A stretch of DNA of 64,000 nt, from IMG/VR virus record IMGVR_UViG_3300045988_126367; one strand, given 5' to 3'. Source of the stretch: a virus. Shown piece by piece: positions 33,985 to 42,696 of the stretch (position 1 is the first letter of the stretch; each line of letters starts with the position of its first letter). A program made the translations under genes and the position numbers. The notes beneath the pieces are model-generated. The model did no database searches. It was not told the DNA's origin and was given only the letters and a program-made list of their open reading frames with translations.

Positions 33985-35034
33985 ATGAAATTCATCAATT
34001 TCGACAAGGCAGCATCCACCCCCCTGCACCCGGCGGCAAAACGTGCCTTTCTCCAAGCCTGTCAGGGAAACCCCGCCAGCGCCCACGCCCTTGGCCGAGA
34101 AGCAAAAGCGGAGCTGGAACAGGCCCGCCAGGCCATTGCCCATTGCCTCAACTGCGAAAGCGACGAGGTGTATTTCACCTCCGGCGCCACGGAAGCCTGC
34201 AACTGGATGATGTACTGTCTCTCCACCACTGGCCATAAGGTCTACCCCTTCTCCGATGTCCATCACGCCGTCAGCGAATACCCCGTCCCCCACGCCAGGG
34301 GTAACGAGGGCGTCAGCAGCGGAAATGTGGCCGCTTCCCTCGTCAATAACGAGACGGGACAAGTTTGTAGCATTTCTCCTCTCCGTGCCGTCTGTGGCGG
34401 CCTTATTGGCCTTGACGCCACCGCCGCGGTAGGACATATCCCCATGGACTTCAAAGCCCTTGGCGCGGATTACATGGCCTTTGGCGGCCACAAGTTCGGC
34501 GCCCCCAAGGGCATCGGCGCTCTCATCGTCCGCCGCGGCGCACCCATCCGCCCCATGGTCTACGGCGGCGCGCAGGAGCGCGGTATGCGCGGCGGCACAA
34601 CACCCGTCCCGCTGGCCGCTGCCATGGCCGCCGCCCTGGAATGGCATACCAAACACATGAAAGAAAACATGCTCTCCGTGTCGGACGTCAATAATGAACT
34701 CACGCGGTATCTCTTTATCCTTGGTGTGAAACACGATAACAACCTCCCCAATGGCGCAATCTTCGCCCCCCATATCCTGTCCCTTCGCTTCCCCGGCGTC
34801 TACGGGGCCACCCTGGCCGCCGCCTTGAGCGACAAGGGCGTCTTTGTCTCCACCGGCTCCGCCTGTTCCTCCGGCTCCAACCGCCCCAGCGATGTCCTCC
34901 GCGCCGCCGGCCTCACCTCCCAGGAAGCCCTCTCCACCATCCGGTTTTCCTTCGACTATGATAACACGGAGGACGAGGCCCGCACCGCCGCCGCCATCAT
35001 TGCCGAACTCATCCCCACCCTCAAGCACGATTGA
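33985..35034 (+). CDS. NifS/IscS-type cysteine desulfurase (class V aminotransferase), short form
   Basis: start MKFINFDKAAST after AAAGAAAGGAA; PLP-lysine context GGHKFGAPKGIGAL; active-site loop STGSACSSG. Confidence 0.8.
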   Translation: MKFINFDKAASTPLHPAAKRAFLQACQGNPASAHALGREAKAELEQARQAIAHCLNCESDEVYFTSGATEACNWMMYCLSTTGHKVYPFSDVHHAVSEYPVPHARGNEGVSSGNVAASLVNNETGQVCSISPLRAVCGGLIGLDATAAVGHIPMDFKALGADYMAFGGHKFGAPKGIGALIVRRGAPIRPMVYGGAQERGMRGGTTPVPLAAAMAAALEWHTKHMKENMLSVSDVNNELTRYLFILGVKHDNNLPNGAIFAPHILSLRFPGVYGATLAAALSDKGVFVSTGSACSSGSNRPSDVLRAAGLTSQEALSTIRFSFDYDNTEDEARTAAAIIAELIPTLKHD

Positions 35035-35051
35035 TTTCCTGGATTTGTCAT

Positions 35052-35172
35052 TGCGCGGGCGGCCCCGCCGCCCGTGGCATCTATCTGGACTTGCACCGCA
35101 CCATCTCCCGTGCGTTTCGTAGGGCGGGGTGCCCTCACCCCGCCGCTTCATAGGGGCGACCCTTGCGGTCAC
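35052..35172. repeat. REP-like cluster R9
   Basis: CGGGCGGCCCCGCCGCCCG palindrome, GTAGGGCGGGGTGCCCTCACCCCGCC, ATAGGGGCGACCCTTGCGGTCACC. Confidence 0.8.
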
Positions 35173-35197
35173 CTGAACCCACCAGAAAGGAGCCATT

Positions 35198-35368
35198 ATG
35201 AACCTCGTCACCAACGTCACCAAACGCGAATACCCCATCCCCGTCCGCCGCAAGCGCGACGGTGCGGTTTTCACCATGCTCATCCAGGCCGAATCCGAAG
35301 CCGCCGCCCGTCTCCTGATCCCCGACACCGTGGAGATCGTCGAGCCCCAAAAAGGCGCAAAAAAATAG
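35198..35368 (+). CDS. small hypothetical protein (56 aa)
   Basis: hand-translated MNLVTNVTKREYPIPVRRKRDGAVFTMLIQAESEAAARLLIPDTVEIVEPQ; AGAAAGGAGCC RBS. Confidence 0.4.
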   Translation: MNLVTNVTKREYPIPVRRKRDGAVFTMLIQAESEAAARLLIPDTVEIVEPQKGAKK

Positions 35369-35500
35369 CGGCCTGCCGTACCCCGTCAATAGTCCAGCAA
35401 ACCGCTATTTTCATCACGACCTTTTTTGAGAGAGGGTCGTACCATTATTGTATGCCCTCTTTCACCAAAAATCAACATTATTTTGAAAGAAGGTATCCCT

Positions 35501-36526
35501 ATGCCGCGCACCTCAAAAGCGGAAAGAAAGCTCTGTCAAGCCTCAGACGCCTACCTGAAAAACGTGGCCGCCACCTCTCCCTCCCCCCGTACCGTCACCA
35601 CCTACGCCAGCACCCTCACGGATTTCATGAATTTCTTCATCTCCGGCGACGAGAATTATAAAGACCCCAGCTATACCACCATCGCCGCCTGGCGGGACAG
35701 CCTCGTGGAGCGTGGTCTCTCCCCCAACACCGTTCGCCAATATCTGGTCCGCCTCCATATGTTCTTCGACTTCGCCTGCGACGTGACCTGCGGCGGCTGG
35801 TATTCCGCCAATCCCGTCTCCAAGCGCTTTTTCCCCAAAACGGCCCGCGAGGAGGCCCGCCCCTACGATCCCATCCTCACCGACCGGCAGGTCATGCTCC
35901 TCTGGCGCTATGACAAGGCCCCCGGCTGCCGTCGTGACACATGGCCCCGGAATTACGCCATCGTCATCATGCTGCTCACCACCGAGCTGCGAAACGCAGA
36001 GCTGTTGTCCCTTACCCCCGCCGATCTCGACTGGGAGGCGGGAGAGCTGATCGTCGAGCGGGGCAAGGGCAATAAATTCCGCCGCGTGGAGTTTCCGGAA
36101 ATCGCCCAGTCCGCCGTCCGGCTCTATCTCGCCTCCGGCCTGCGCCCCAAAGACGTACCCGATACCGCCCCCCTCTTCGGCACCACCAGCCCCAAGGAGT
36201 TCGGTGCCCGCGTCCGTGACGGCGCGTGGGTGCGCGGCTCCTCCCAGTGGCTCTCCGGCGTCGTCCTGCGCCATGTCAAGGCCGTCACCGGTGTGGATAA
36301 CGTCCGTACCCACGACCTGCGCCACGTGGGTGCCCGTCTGGATCTCAATTCCGGCATGTCTCAGGCGGAACTCCAATCCAAGCTGGGCCACGCCAACCCC
36401 AACACCACCCAAATCTATTCCGGCCGCCTCCTCAGCCGCACCGGCCGCAAAAGCGCCGTCCTCGTCCGCGAAGAACAGGAAAAACAGTCCGACCTCATCG
36501 CCAATCTACTCGACTCCGGCGCATAA
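35501..36526 (+). CDS. int: tyrosine recombinase/integrase (int2)
   Basis: start MPRTSKAERK; SAM-like N-domain (TVTTYASTLTDFMNFF), RNAELLSL, HDLRHVGA, TTQIYSG catalytic-region motifs. Confidence 0.85.
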   Translation: MPRTSKAERKLCQASDAYLKNVAATSPSPRTVTTYASTLTDFMNFFISGDENYKDPSYTTIAAWRDSLVERGLSPNTVRQYLVRLHMFFDFACDVTCGGWYSANPVSKRFFPKTAREEARPYDPILTDRQVMLLWRYDKAPGCRRDTWPRNYAIVIMLLTTELRNAELLSLTPADLDWEAGELIVERGKGNKFRRVEFPEIAQSAVRLYLASGLRPKDVPDTAPLFGTTSPKEFGARVRDGAWVRGSSQWLSGVVLRHVKAVTGVDNVRTHDLRHVGARLDLNSGMSQAELQSKLGHANPNTTQIYSGRLLSRTGRKSAVLVREEQEKQSDLIANLLDSGA

Positions 36527-36553
36527 ACACACCGCAGCACCCTTGTACCCGCC

Positions 36554-36762
36554 CTTGGCTCCCCTTGCGAGGGGAGCTGTCAGCCGAAAGGCTGACTGAG
36601 GGTCGGGGCGTTAGGAAAACATGCCGGTGGCATGTTTTTAGCCCCGATCTTGGCGGCTATGCCGCCAAAGCATCCATCTGTATTTGCACCGCACTATCGG
36701 TGTTCGTCCGTAGGGCGGGGTGCCCTCACCCCGCCGTAGGGGCTGGCGTCCTCGACAGCCCG
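36554..36762. repeat. REP-like mosaic cluster R10 (between int2 and endolysin)
   Basis: two-hairpin module 36554-36604, AAAACATGCC module, two GTAGGG hairpins. Confidence 0.85.
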
Positions 36763-36815
36763 TTTCAACCCGTGCCGCAGGCACACCACATCTTTTCACT
36801 TTTCACTCTTCACTC

Positions 36816-36849
36816 AAAAAAAGAGGTACGCCCTGCGTACCTCTTTTTT
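36816..36849. terminator. bidirectional intrinsic terminator shared by convergent int2 and endolysin genes
   Basis: AAAAAAAGAGGTACGC-CCT-GCGTACCTCTTTTTT. Confidence 0.7.
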
Positions 36850-36850
36850 C

Positions 36851-38056
36851 TTATTTCTTTTCCACCGTTGTGACAAACGTCTCCGGAAACACCTTCTGTA
36901 CCTTCTTCAAATACGCTTCCGCGTTGGCCTTCACGCTGAACGCACCCACCTGAACCCGATAGATCACGTTCCCCGCCGTGGCCGGCTTGCTGGCCGCCGC
37001 CTTGAACGTCACACCCAGATAGCTGCAGATGCCCTTGGCGATGGTCTCGCCGATCAACTCCGTGTTGTCGATGATCCACTGTGCCACCTCCGGCACATCG
37101 TGGAAATCCACCTCAATGTACACCGTAGGAGCGGCAGGCGTTTTCACTTCAAACAGATTGGGGTTGGCCTTGATGTTCTCGCTTGTCCCCGGCGTCAGCG
37201 GGGCCAGCACATCGAATACGGCCTTCGCCGCCTTGTACCCTTCCGTGGTCTTGTCCAGCTGATAGCAGAAGATCCGCGTCCCGCTGGCCTTGCCGTTGGC
37301 TGCGTTGGTGTGGATGGGCACATGCAGATTGGCCTTAAAGGCGTCCGACGCCTTGCACCGGTTCGCCATCGTGTCGTACTGTCCCACCATCACCTTCACG
37401 CCGCTGCGCTCCAGCGCCGTCTTGCAGGCCGCAGCGATCTTCCCGCACTGCACGTCCTCCGTGGTGTTGCCCACGGCGTAGGTGTTGCTTTTCTGATCCG
37501 ATGGTGAAAGATATACCCGCTTTTCCATCGTCTCCTCCTTCTCTCCGTAGGGCGGGCGGAAGATGGCCCATGTCCCGCCCGTGGGCATGTTCCGCTTCTT
37601 GTACCCGATGCCCTCAAAGGCGCCCGTCCCCGCGGTGGATAGCCGCGCCTTCTCCGCCGTGGAGAATACCATGTTGTTCCCCTCCAGCGTGATGAACGTG
37701 GTGCCGCTCACCTTCTCATAGACAAAGAACACATGCTGGTACATCCACCGCTTTTCCTTCTCGTTGTACTGGCAGAAAAAGGCGATGTCCCCCTTCTGCG
37801 CCTTGCTGTTGTCGCGCAGCCGCCAGCCCTTGGCCGTCAGCCACTCGCCCAGGCTGCGGCACCACGCGGGGTTGGCGCACCCGTCCAGGATGTAGGGCTT
37901 CCCGCTCATCCGGTCGGCGTACCAGATGGTGTACCCGCAGTACGCCACTCCCTCCGCGTTCCAGTATCGGTTTACCATGGTGTTGTTGCCGCTGCCGGTC
38001 TCCCGTTCTCCCGCCAGCTTCTCTACAGGAGCCAGCATTTGAGATACAGTTTTCAT
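36851..38056 (-). CDS. modular endolysin: CHAP/NlpC-P60-like peptidase, N-acetylmuramoyl-L-alanine amidase (Amidase_3-like), SPOR domain
   Basis: GVAYCGYTIW...QHVFFVYE (Cys/His peptidase); VPIHTNAANGKASGTRIF...YIEVDFHD (amidase_3); C-terminal YRVQVGAFSVKANAEAYLKKV (SPOR). Confidence 0.8.
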   Translation of the reverse strand: MKTVSQMLAPVEKLAGERETGSGNNTMVNRYWNAEGVAYCGYTIWYADRMSGKPYILDGCANPAWCRSLGEWLTAKGWRLRDNSKAQKGDIAFFCQYNEKEKRWMYQHVFFVYEKVSGTTFITLEGNNMVFSTAEKARLSTAGTGAFEGIGYKKRNMPTGGTWAIFRPPYGEKEETMEKRVYLSPSDQKSNTYAVGNTTEDVQCGKIAAACKTALERSGVKVMVGQYDTMANRCKASDAFKANLHVPIHTNAANGKASGTRIFCYQLDKTTEGYKAAKAVFDVLAPLTPGTSENIKANPNLFEVKTPAAPTVYIEVDFHDVPEVAQWIIDNTELIGETIAKGICSYLGVTFKAAASKPATAGNVIYRVQVGAFSVKANAEAYLKKVQKVFPETFVTTVEKK

Positions 38057-38069
38057 AGTGCCGTACCTC

Positions 38070-38408
38070 TCAGGCGGCCTTGCCCTCGCCGTTGACCACC
38101 TTCGCCGCCGCGCAGATGGCGTCGATCATGTCGCTCACCTTCTGCGCCGCCTCGTCGTCATAGGGGAAATTGGCGCTCTTGGCGGCGCTCTGCACACCCG
38201 CCATGACCCACGCCTTGCGAGCCGCTCCTTCGGCAAACAGGCCCTCCGCCTGCTGCATCAGATCCAGCACGATGGCCACGATCTGAGGCCAGTTCTTCTC
38301 CTGCACAGCCGCCTTGACGGTCTGCACCAGCTTCACCACCAGCGGAATGCACACGGCCAGACCGCTCAAAATGCTTACTACGATTTCAACCCAGCTCAGA
38401 TTATTCAT
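38070..38408 (-). CDS. holin-like protein (LL-H-type architecture)
   Basis: single N-terminal TM WVEIVVSILSGLAVCIPLVV then soluble tail; directly upstream of endolysin. Confidence 0.55.
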   Translation of the reverse strand: MNNLSWVEIVVSILSGLAVCIPLVVKLVQTVKAAVQEKNWPQIVAIVLDLMQQAEGLFAEGAARKAWVMAGVQSAAKSANFPYDDEAAQKVSDMIDAICAAAKVVNGEGKAA

Positions 38409-38638
38409 GACATTACCTCATCTTTCGTTTTGATTTTGATCCCTGCCAGCAGGGCCAACTCAACTGTCCACGCCCCGAACCACGCTACCGTCAGCGCGTC
38501 CGGCACGATCTTGTCAAAAAACGCCGCCACGATCACCGCGATGCAGTACCACGTCAGGTTCACCACCGCCAAAATCGTAAACTTCGTCCGCCGCTTCATC
38601 GGCTGTTTCTTCTCCACCCGCTTCACATCCTCCATCAT
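38405..38638 (-). CDS. two-TM holin-like membrane protein
   Basis: 77 aa; FTILAVVNLTWYCIAVIVAAFF and WFGAWTVELALLAGI. Confidence 0.5.
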   Translation of the reverse strand: MMEDVKRVEKKQPMKRRTKFTILAVVNLTWYCIAVIVAAFFDKIVPDALTVAWFGAWTVELALLAGIKIKTKDEVMS

Positions 38639-38674
38639 CTCCTTTCACTGCTTGGCACTCCTTGTGCCCCGCCC

Positions 38675-39050
38675 CTTGGCTCCCCTTGTCAGGGGAGCTG
38701 GCAACGCGAAGCGTTGACTGAGGGGTAGTCCGTAGGGGCTGGCGTCGGGGCGTTCAGAAAATATGCCGGTGGCATATTTTTAGCGCCGATCTCGGCGGCT
38801 ATGCCGTCGGCGTGTTAAGAAAACATGCCAGTGGCATGTTTTTAGCCCCGATCTCGGCGGCTATGCCGCCGTAGCTTCCATCTGGGCTTCCACCGCACCA
38901 TCGGTGATCGTTCCGTAGGGCGGGGTGCCCTCGCAGTGAAACAAGTGCCCTTGGGGTACACCCCGCCGCTTCGTAGGGGCTGGCGTCCCCGACAGCCCTT
39001 GCCTCCCTCTGACGAGGGAGGTGTCACCGAAGGTGACGGAGGGAGAGAAC
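38675..39050. repeat. REP-like mosaic cluster R11 (between lysis and tail-fibre genes)
   Basis: two two-hairpin modules (38675-38728, 38998-39050), two AAAA(C/T)ATGCC modules, three GTAGGG hairpins. Confidence 0.85.
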
Positions 39051-39119
39051 AAAAGTCTTAAATTCTCTCCCCCATCCTCGCTACCGCTCGGCAGCCCCCT
39101 CCCAGAGGGGGCCTTTCCC

Positions 39120-39389
39120 TCACTCGCCCTCGCTCGCCCCATTCTCCGCAACCTCCACCCCCAACGTCTCCAGCGCCTCGGCATACAGTGCGGCGGCCTG
39201 CACCGCCTCTTCCTCCGCCGTCAGCACCTCCACGCCGTCGCGGTAAAACCTGCCGTCCTCATAGGTGTCGCCGATCTCCACCTGCCGCTCCCCCAGCTTC
39301 ACCGCGCCGGGGAATTCGTCGGCGTTGGTCTCATACAGCCAGATGATGTTGGTCACGATCCCGTTTTCTACCAGTGCGTAATTCATCAC
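39120..39389 (-). CDS. hypothetical protein
   Basis: 89-aa ORF, ATGA overlap with upstream gene. Confidence 0.5.
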   Translation of the reverse strand: MMNYALVENGIVTNIIWLYETNADEFPGAVKLGERQVEIGDTYEDGRFYRDGVEVLTAEEEAVQAAALYAEALETLGVEVAENGASEGE

Positions 39390-40222
39390 GCCACCTCCTT
39401 GTGCTTGCGCATGATCACGATGCCGGAGCCACCTGCACCGCCGACGCCAGCAGCCTTATAGCTGTGTGAGCCAATGGTGTAATTGGCGCCACCGCCGCCG
39501 CCGCCGCCGCCGCCGCCTTTATTTACCCCGCCGGCAACACCGGCACCGGCTACACCATTTATTTGTTGTTCTGAATATATGAATCCTCCTGCACCACTAC
39601 CGCCGCTTCCTCCGCCGGCAGCACCCGATCCAGGACTTCCAGCGGTTTTATACAGACCGCCAGAGGGTGGCTTCATGCCTCCGCCGCCACCGCCGCCGCC
39701 GCCGCCACCGTAATATGTGCCACCGGATTCGCCAAACTCCGGAGTCCCTGGACTGCCAACGCCTCCGGTCCCTGCGGCGCTTGTGGTACTCGTTCCTCTA
39801 CTGCCACCAGCACCACCGGAAGCTCCGCCACCACCTGCCGCGCTTTGTCCCAATGCCATTGTAGTGCCGCCGCTGCCGCCGACGACAATGTTATAACTGG
39901 TGCCCTTTGTAGCAGTAAGCGACTTCACGGTTTTTACCGCTCCCCCAGTCCCGCCACGACCTCCAGCACCAGGGAATGTGCCACCACCAGCAACTCCGGA
40001 GTTTCCGGCAGCGCCGCCCCCCACCAGAAACAGATCCACCAGCCAGTCGGCGGTCAGCACCGTCAGCGTCCCCGAGGTCAAAAATTTAATGCGCCACTGC
40101 ACCTCGTCCCCCACACTGTCGTCGATCACCTGACAATTTCCGGAATAGGAAAAATCCTCCCCCAGAACCGGTACGTGGTCTTTGGTGTTCTTCAGCACCG
40201 GCGACGTCATGTTAAAGATCAT
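39386..40222 (-). CDS. glycine-rich tail-fibre-associated protein
   Basis: 278 aa; LVDLFLVGGGAAGNSG then long GGxGG tracts including poly-Gly encoded by (GCC)n runs. Confidence 0.6.
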   Translation of the reverse strand: MIFNMTSPVLKNTKDHVPVLGEDFSYSGNCQVIDDSVGDEVQWRIKFLTSGTLTVLTADWLVDLFLVGGGAAGNSGVAGGGTFPGAGGRGGTGGAVKTVKSLTATKGTSYNIVVGGSGGTTMALGQSAAGGGGASGGAGGSRGTSTTSAAGTGGVGSPGTPEFGESGGTYYGGGGGGGGGGGMKPPSGGLYKTAGSPGSGAAGGGSGGSGAGGFIYSEQQINGVAGAGVAGGVNKGGGGGGGGGGANYTIGSHSYKAAGVGGAGGSGIVIMRKHKEVA

Positions 40223-40240
40223 ATAACCTTCTCTCCTTCC

Positions 40241-40606
40241 TCAATAAACCGTCAGCACATTGGCCGTCAGATTCTCTGTGGGGATCTCCTCACAGGCGAA
40301 GGTCAGCGTGTCCGTTCCCTGCCCCGTGCACCGTACCCCCGCTTCGTTATAGGGGATGTAGCTCTCCGGCGCCGCCACCACAATGATGATGGCGCTGGCG
40401 CTCATGCCTGCGGCGTTCACCGTCTGGGTCTTTGTCTCGCTGTCCCAGCCCGCCACCGGCAGCGTATAGCTGGCGGTGGTCGCCTTGTCCGCCTTTTCCG
40501 GCAGCGCCTCGTCATGCTCCTGCACCGCGTCTGTCAGCGCCTGCAATACCTCCGCGCTCAGTGCCGGTGCGCTCCCGTTTTTCCACGTTGGGGATGTATA
40601 GCTCAT
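40241..40606 (-). CDS. tail-fibre-region protein; C-terminal domain shared with 57102-57560
   Basis: start MSYTSPTWKNGSAP; TLPVAGWDSETKTQTV...AGVRCTGQGTDTLTFACEEIP parallels TLTAGGWNSDGQQTV...AGVLCTGQAADQLTFTCQETP. Confidence 0.5.
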   Translation of the reverse strand: MSYTSPTWKNGSAPALSAEVLQALTDAVQEHDEALPEKADKATTASYTLPVAGWDSETKTQTVNAAGMSASAIIIVVAAPESYIPYNEAGVRCTGQGTDTLTFACEEIPTENLTANVLTVY

Positions 40607-40611
40607 TGCCT

Positions 40612-42693
40612 TTACGCCTCCTTTCCTCCCTCCGGCCACAGGCCGTCCTCTTTCGTGATCACCAGCCGCGTTCCCTCCGTGCTTCCCGTTTCCACCCACG
40701 GCACCGACGCGATCTGCGCCTGCTGCCGGGTGCTGTCCTGGGTGTCCATGGCCACCGCGCCGTTCAGGAAGATCCGCAGCAGGTCACCCTTCCGGTTCTT
40801 CAAAAATAGCGTCCGCTTCGTCACCGACAGGGCGTAGATCCTGTCTCGCGTCTCAATGTCGTCGTGGTATTCGCCGTCCCGTCCCACGCTGCCGATATAG
40901 CCGCTCAGCTTGCCGCTCTGGTAGTTGGCGGGCGACATCTGAATGGTGGGATACCGCGTGTAGTTGTTCAGCGCGTTGGGGATGTTGTTGTTGCCGATGG
41001 TGCCGGAGGTCACGTTCAGCCGGAACCGGAATATCTCCTCCGTCCGGAAGGTCCCGTTCGCGTCCTCCTCCGCCGCCAGAATGGTCCAGTCCCACAGAAT
41101 CGGCTTCACCTTCTGGCTGGCGATGCCGTTGGTGGCGAACACGTTCTGTCCCGTGCCAAAGATGTAATAGGTGTACGTCTCCTGGGACTTCACGCTGCAG
41201 TCCACAATGACGTTCTGCTCATAGGGCGTGTCCGCCACATGGAACAAAAGCGTCTCTCCCTCCGTCAGCCGGTAGATGCTCCATCCGGCAAACGTGGTGT
41301 CCGTGGTCACGTTGCCGCCGTTCAGGCCCCCCGCGAAGTTGGTCAGCAGCAGCGTCCGCTCCTCCCACATGGGGGTGTAGCTGCCCGCCAGCACGGAAGC
41401 CATCTCCGCCGCCGTCAGCGTCCCGCTTACCATCCACACGTATTCGCACACCTGCGCCCCGTTCAGCGCCACAGAAGTTACCGTTTTTCCCGCCCCCATG
41501 GCCGCCGCCGTATACAGCTTCGTCAAATTCTGCCCCGCTCTGGGATAGAGGCCGGTGCTGGGGTAAAGGGTCGTCTCCGGATTCAATCCGTCCAGATAGT
41601 ACCGCCGCTGCACCCGCAGCCCGTCGGGAGTCAGGATCACCGTCACGCCGTCCCCCGCGGCAAACGTCGCCTGGGTCCGGCTGGCAGCGCCGCCCTCCGT
41701 CACCTCGAAATAGCTCTCCGTCAGCGTCAGCGTCCCCGTGGCGCCGTCTGCATACGTCAGCGTCAGCAGCGTCACCGGCACCGCCGTCAGCGTTCCCCGC
41801 CATACAATGGACCACGGCGGTGTAAAGGCCATGTCCTTGCCTTTCACCTGATTCCAGGTCAGGGCGCTTCCCGCCTCCAGCGTCAGTTTGCCGCCTTCTG
41901 TGGAGTAGTCCCCCGTCACCTCGCCAGGGATGTCATAGGCCCCCGGCCATGTCACCAGCACCCCGCTCAGGTCGGACCGGATCTGCGTCGTCACGTCGCC
42001 GGTATATTCCGCCGCCGTGTAGGAAACCACGAAGGTCTGCCAACCCGTGTCCGCCGTCACGCCGTTCACCGTCTCCACCTGGCACCGCACCGCATACTCC
42101 TGTCCGGTGAACAATCCGTCATAAGTGAAAGAGAGAAGCGCCGTCGCCACGTTGCCTGTGTCATAAAGCGGTTCCTCCGTGTTCCCCGCCTGTGCCAGCA
42201 TCCACCTTGCCCAGATGATGGCGTCCCCCTGTGCCTGCGCGTAGTCCGCCGTCCAGGTCATCTTTTTCTGGGCCACCGGCGTGGTAAATGCGTGTATCGT
42301 CAGCGTCGGGGCTGCACGGCATACAAAAACCGAGGCCGACTGCTGCGTCACGCTCTCTGTGCTGCTCCACCATTGGGTGATCAGCAGCTTATAGGTGCCG
42401 CCGTTGACAATGCCCGCTCCCGCCAACGCGCTTTTGGGAATGGTGTAGGCAAAGAACACCACGTTGCCCATGGCGTCCCGCCCGTAAAAGGGGCACCCGT
42501 CCGTCCGCTTTCCCGTGTCGTACAGCACGGCGCTTGCCGCTGTGTTCGCCATGATCTTGATGGAAAAGGCCGTCATGGCGTTCTGCCCGTCCACCTGCCA
42601 GCTGACGGTCAGGTCCTCCGCCGCGTCCACCGTCCCGTTGCCCAGCGCCCCCAGCGTGGACGGCGTAATGTTGGTGGGCATGAAAAGTGCCAT
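40612..42693 (-). CDS. large tail/baseplate (receptor-binding-region) structural protein
   Basis: 693 aa, downstream of the tape measure block; function by position only. Confidence 0.6.
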   Translation of the reverse strand: MALFMPTNITPSTLGALGNGTVDAAEDLTVSWQVDGQNAMTAFSIKIMANTAASAVLYDTGKRTDGCPFYGRDAMGNVVFFAYTIPKSALAGAGIVNGGTYKLLITQWWSSTESVTQQSASVFVCRAAPTLTIHAFTTPVAQKKMTWTADYAQAQGDAIIWARWMLAQAGNTEEPLYDTGNVATALLSFTYDGLFTGQEYAVRCQVETVNGVTADTGWQTFVVSYTAAEYTGDVTTQIRSDLSGVLVTWPGAYDIPGEVTGDYSTEGGKLTLEAGSALTWNQVKGKDMAFTPPWSIVWRGTLTAVPVTLLTLTYADGATGTLTLTESYFEVTEGGAASRTQATFAAGDGVTVILTPDGLRVQRRYYLDGLNPETTLYPSTGLYPRAGQNLTKLYTAAAMGAGKTVTSVALNGAQVCEYVWMVSGTLTAAEMASVLAGSYTPMWEERTLLLTNFAGGLNGGNVTTDTTFAGWSIYRLTEGETLLFHVADTPYEQNVIVDCSVKSQETYTYYIFGTGQNVFATNGIASQKVKPILWDWTILAAEEDANGTFRTEEIFRFRLNVTSGTIGNNNIPNALNNYTRYPTIQMSPANYQSGKLSGYIGSVGRDGEYHDDIETRDRIYALSVTKRTLFLKNRKGDLLRIFLNGAVAMDTQDSTRQQAQIASVPWVETGSTEGTRLVITKEDGLWPEGGKEA

Positions 42694-42696
42694 GGC

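Noticed and set aside
33898-35328. 476-aa minus-strand ORF, and the 196-aa ORF at 33285-33875
   Set aside because: They run antisense to the cysteine desulfurase and HU genes, both of which carry unmistakable family motifs.
39386-42693. Diversity-generating retroelement targeting the fibre genes
   Set aside because: No reverse transcriptase ORF and no template/variable repeat pair is visible anywhere in the window.
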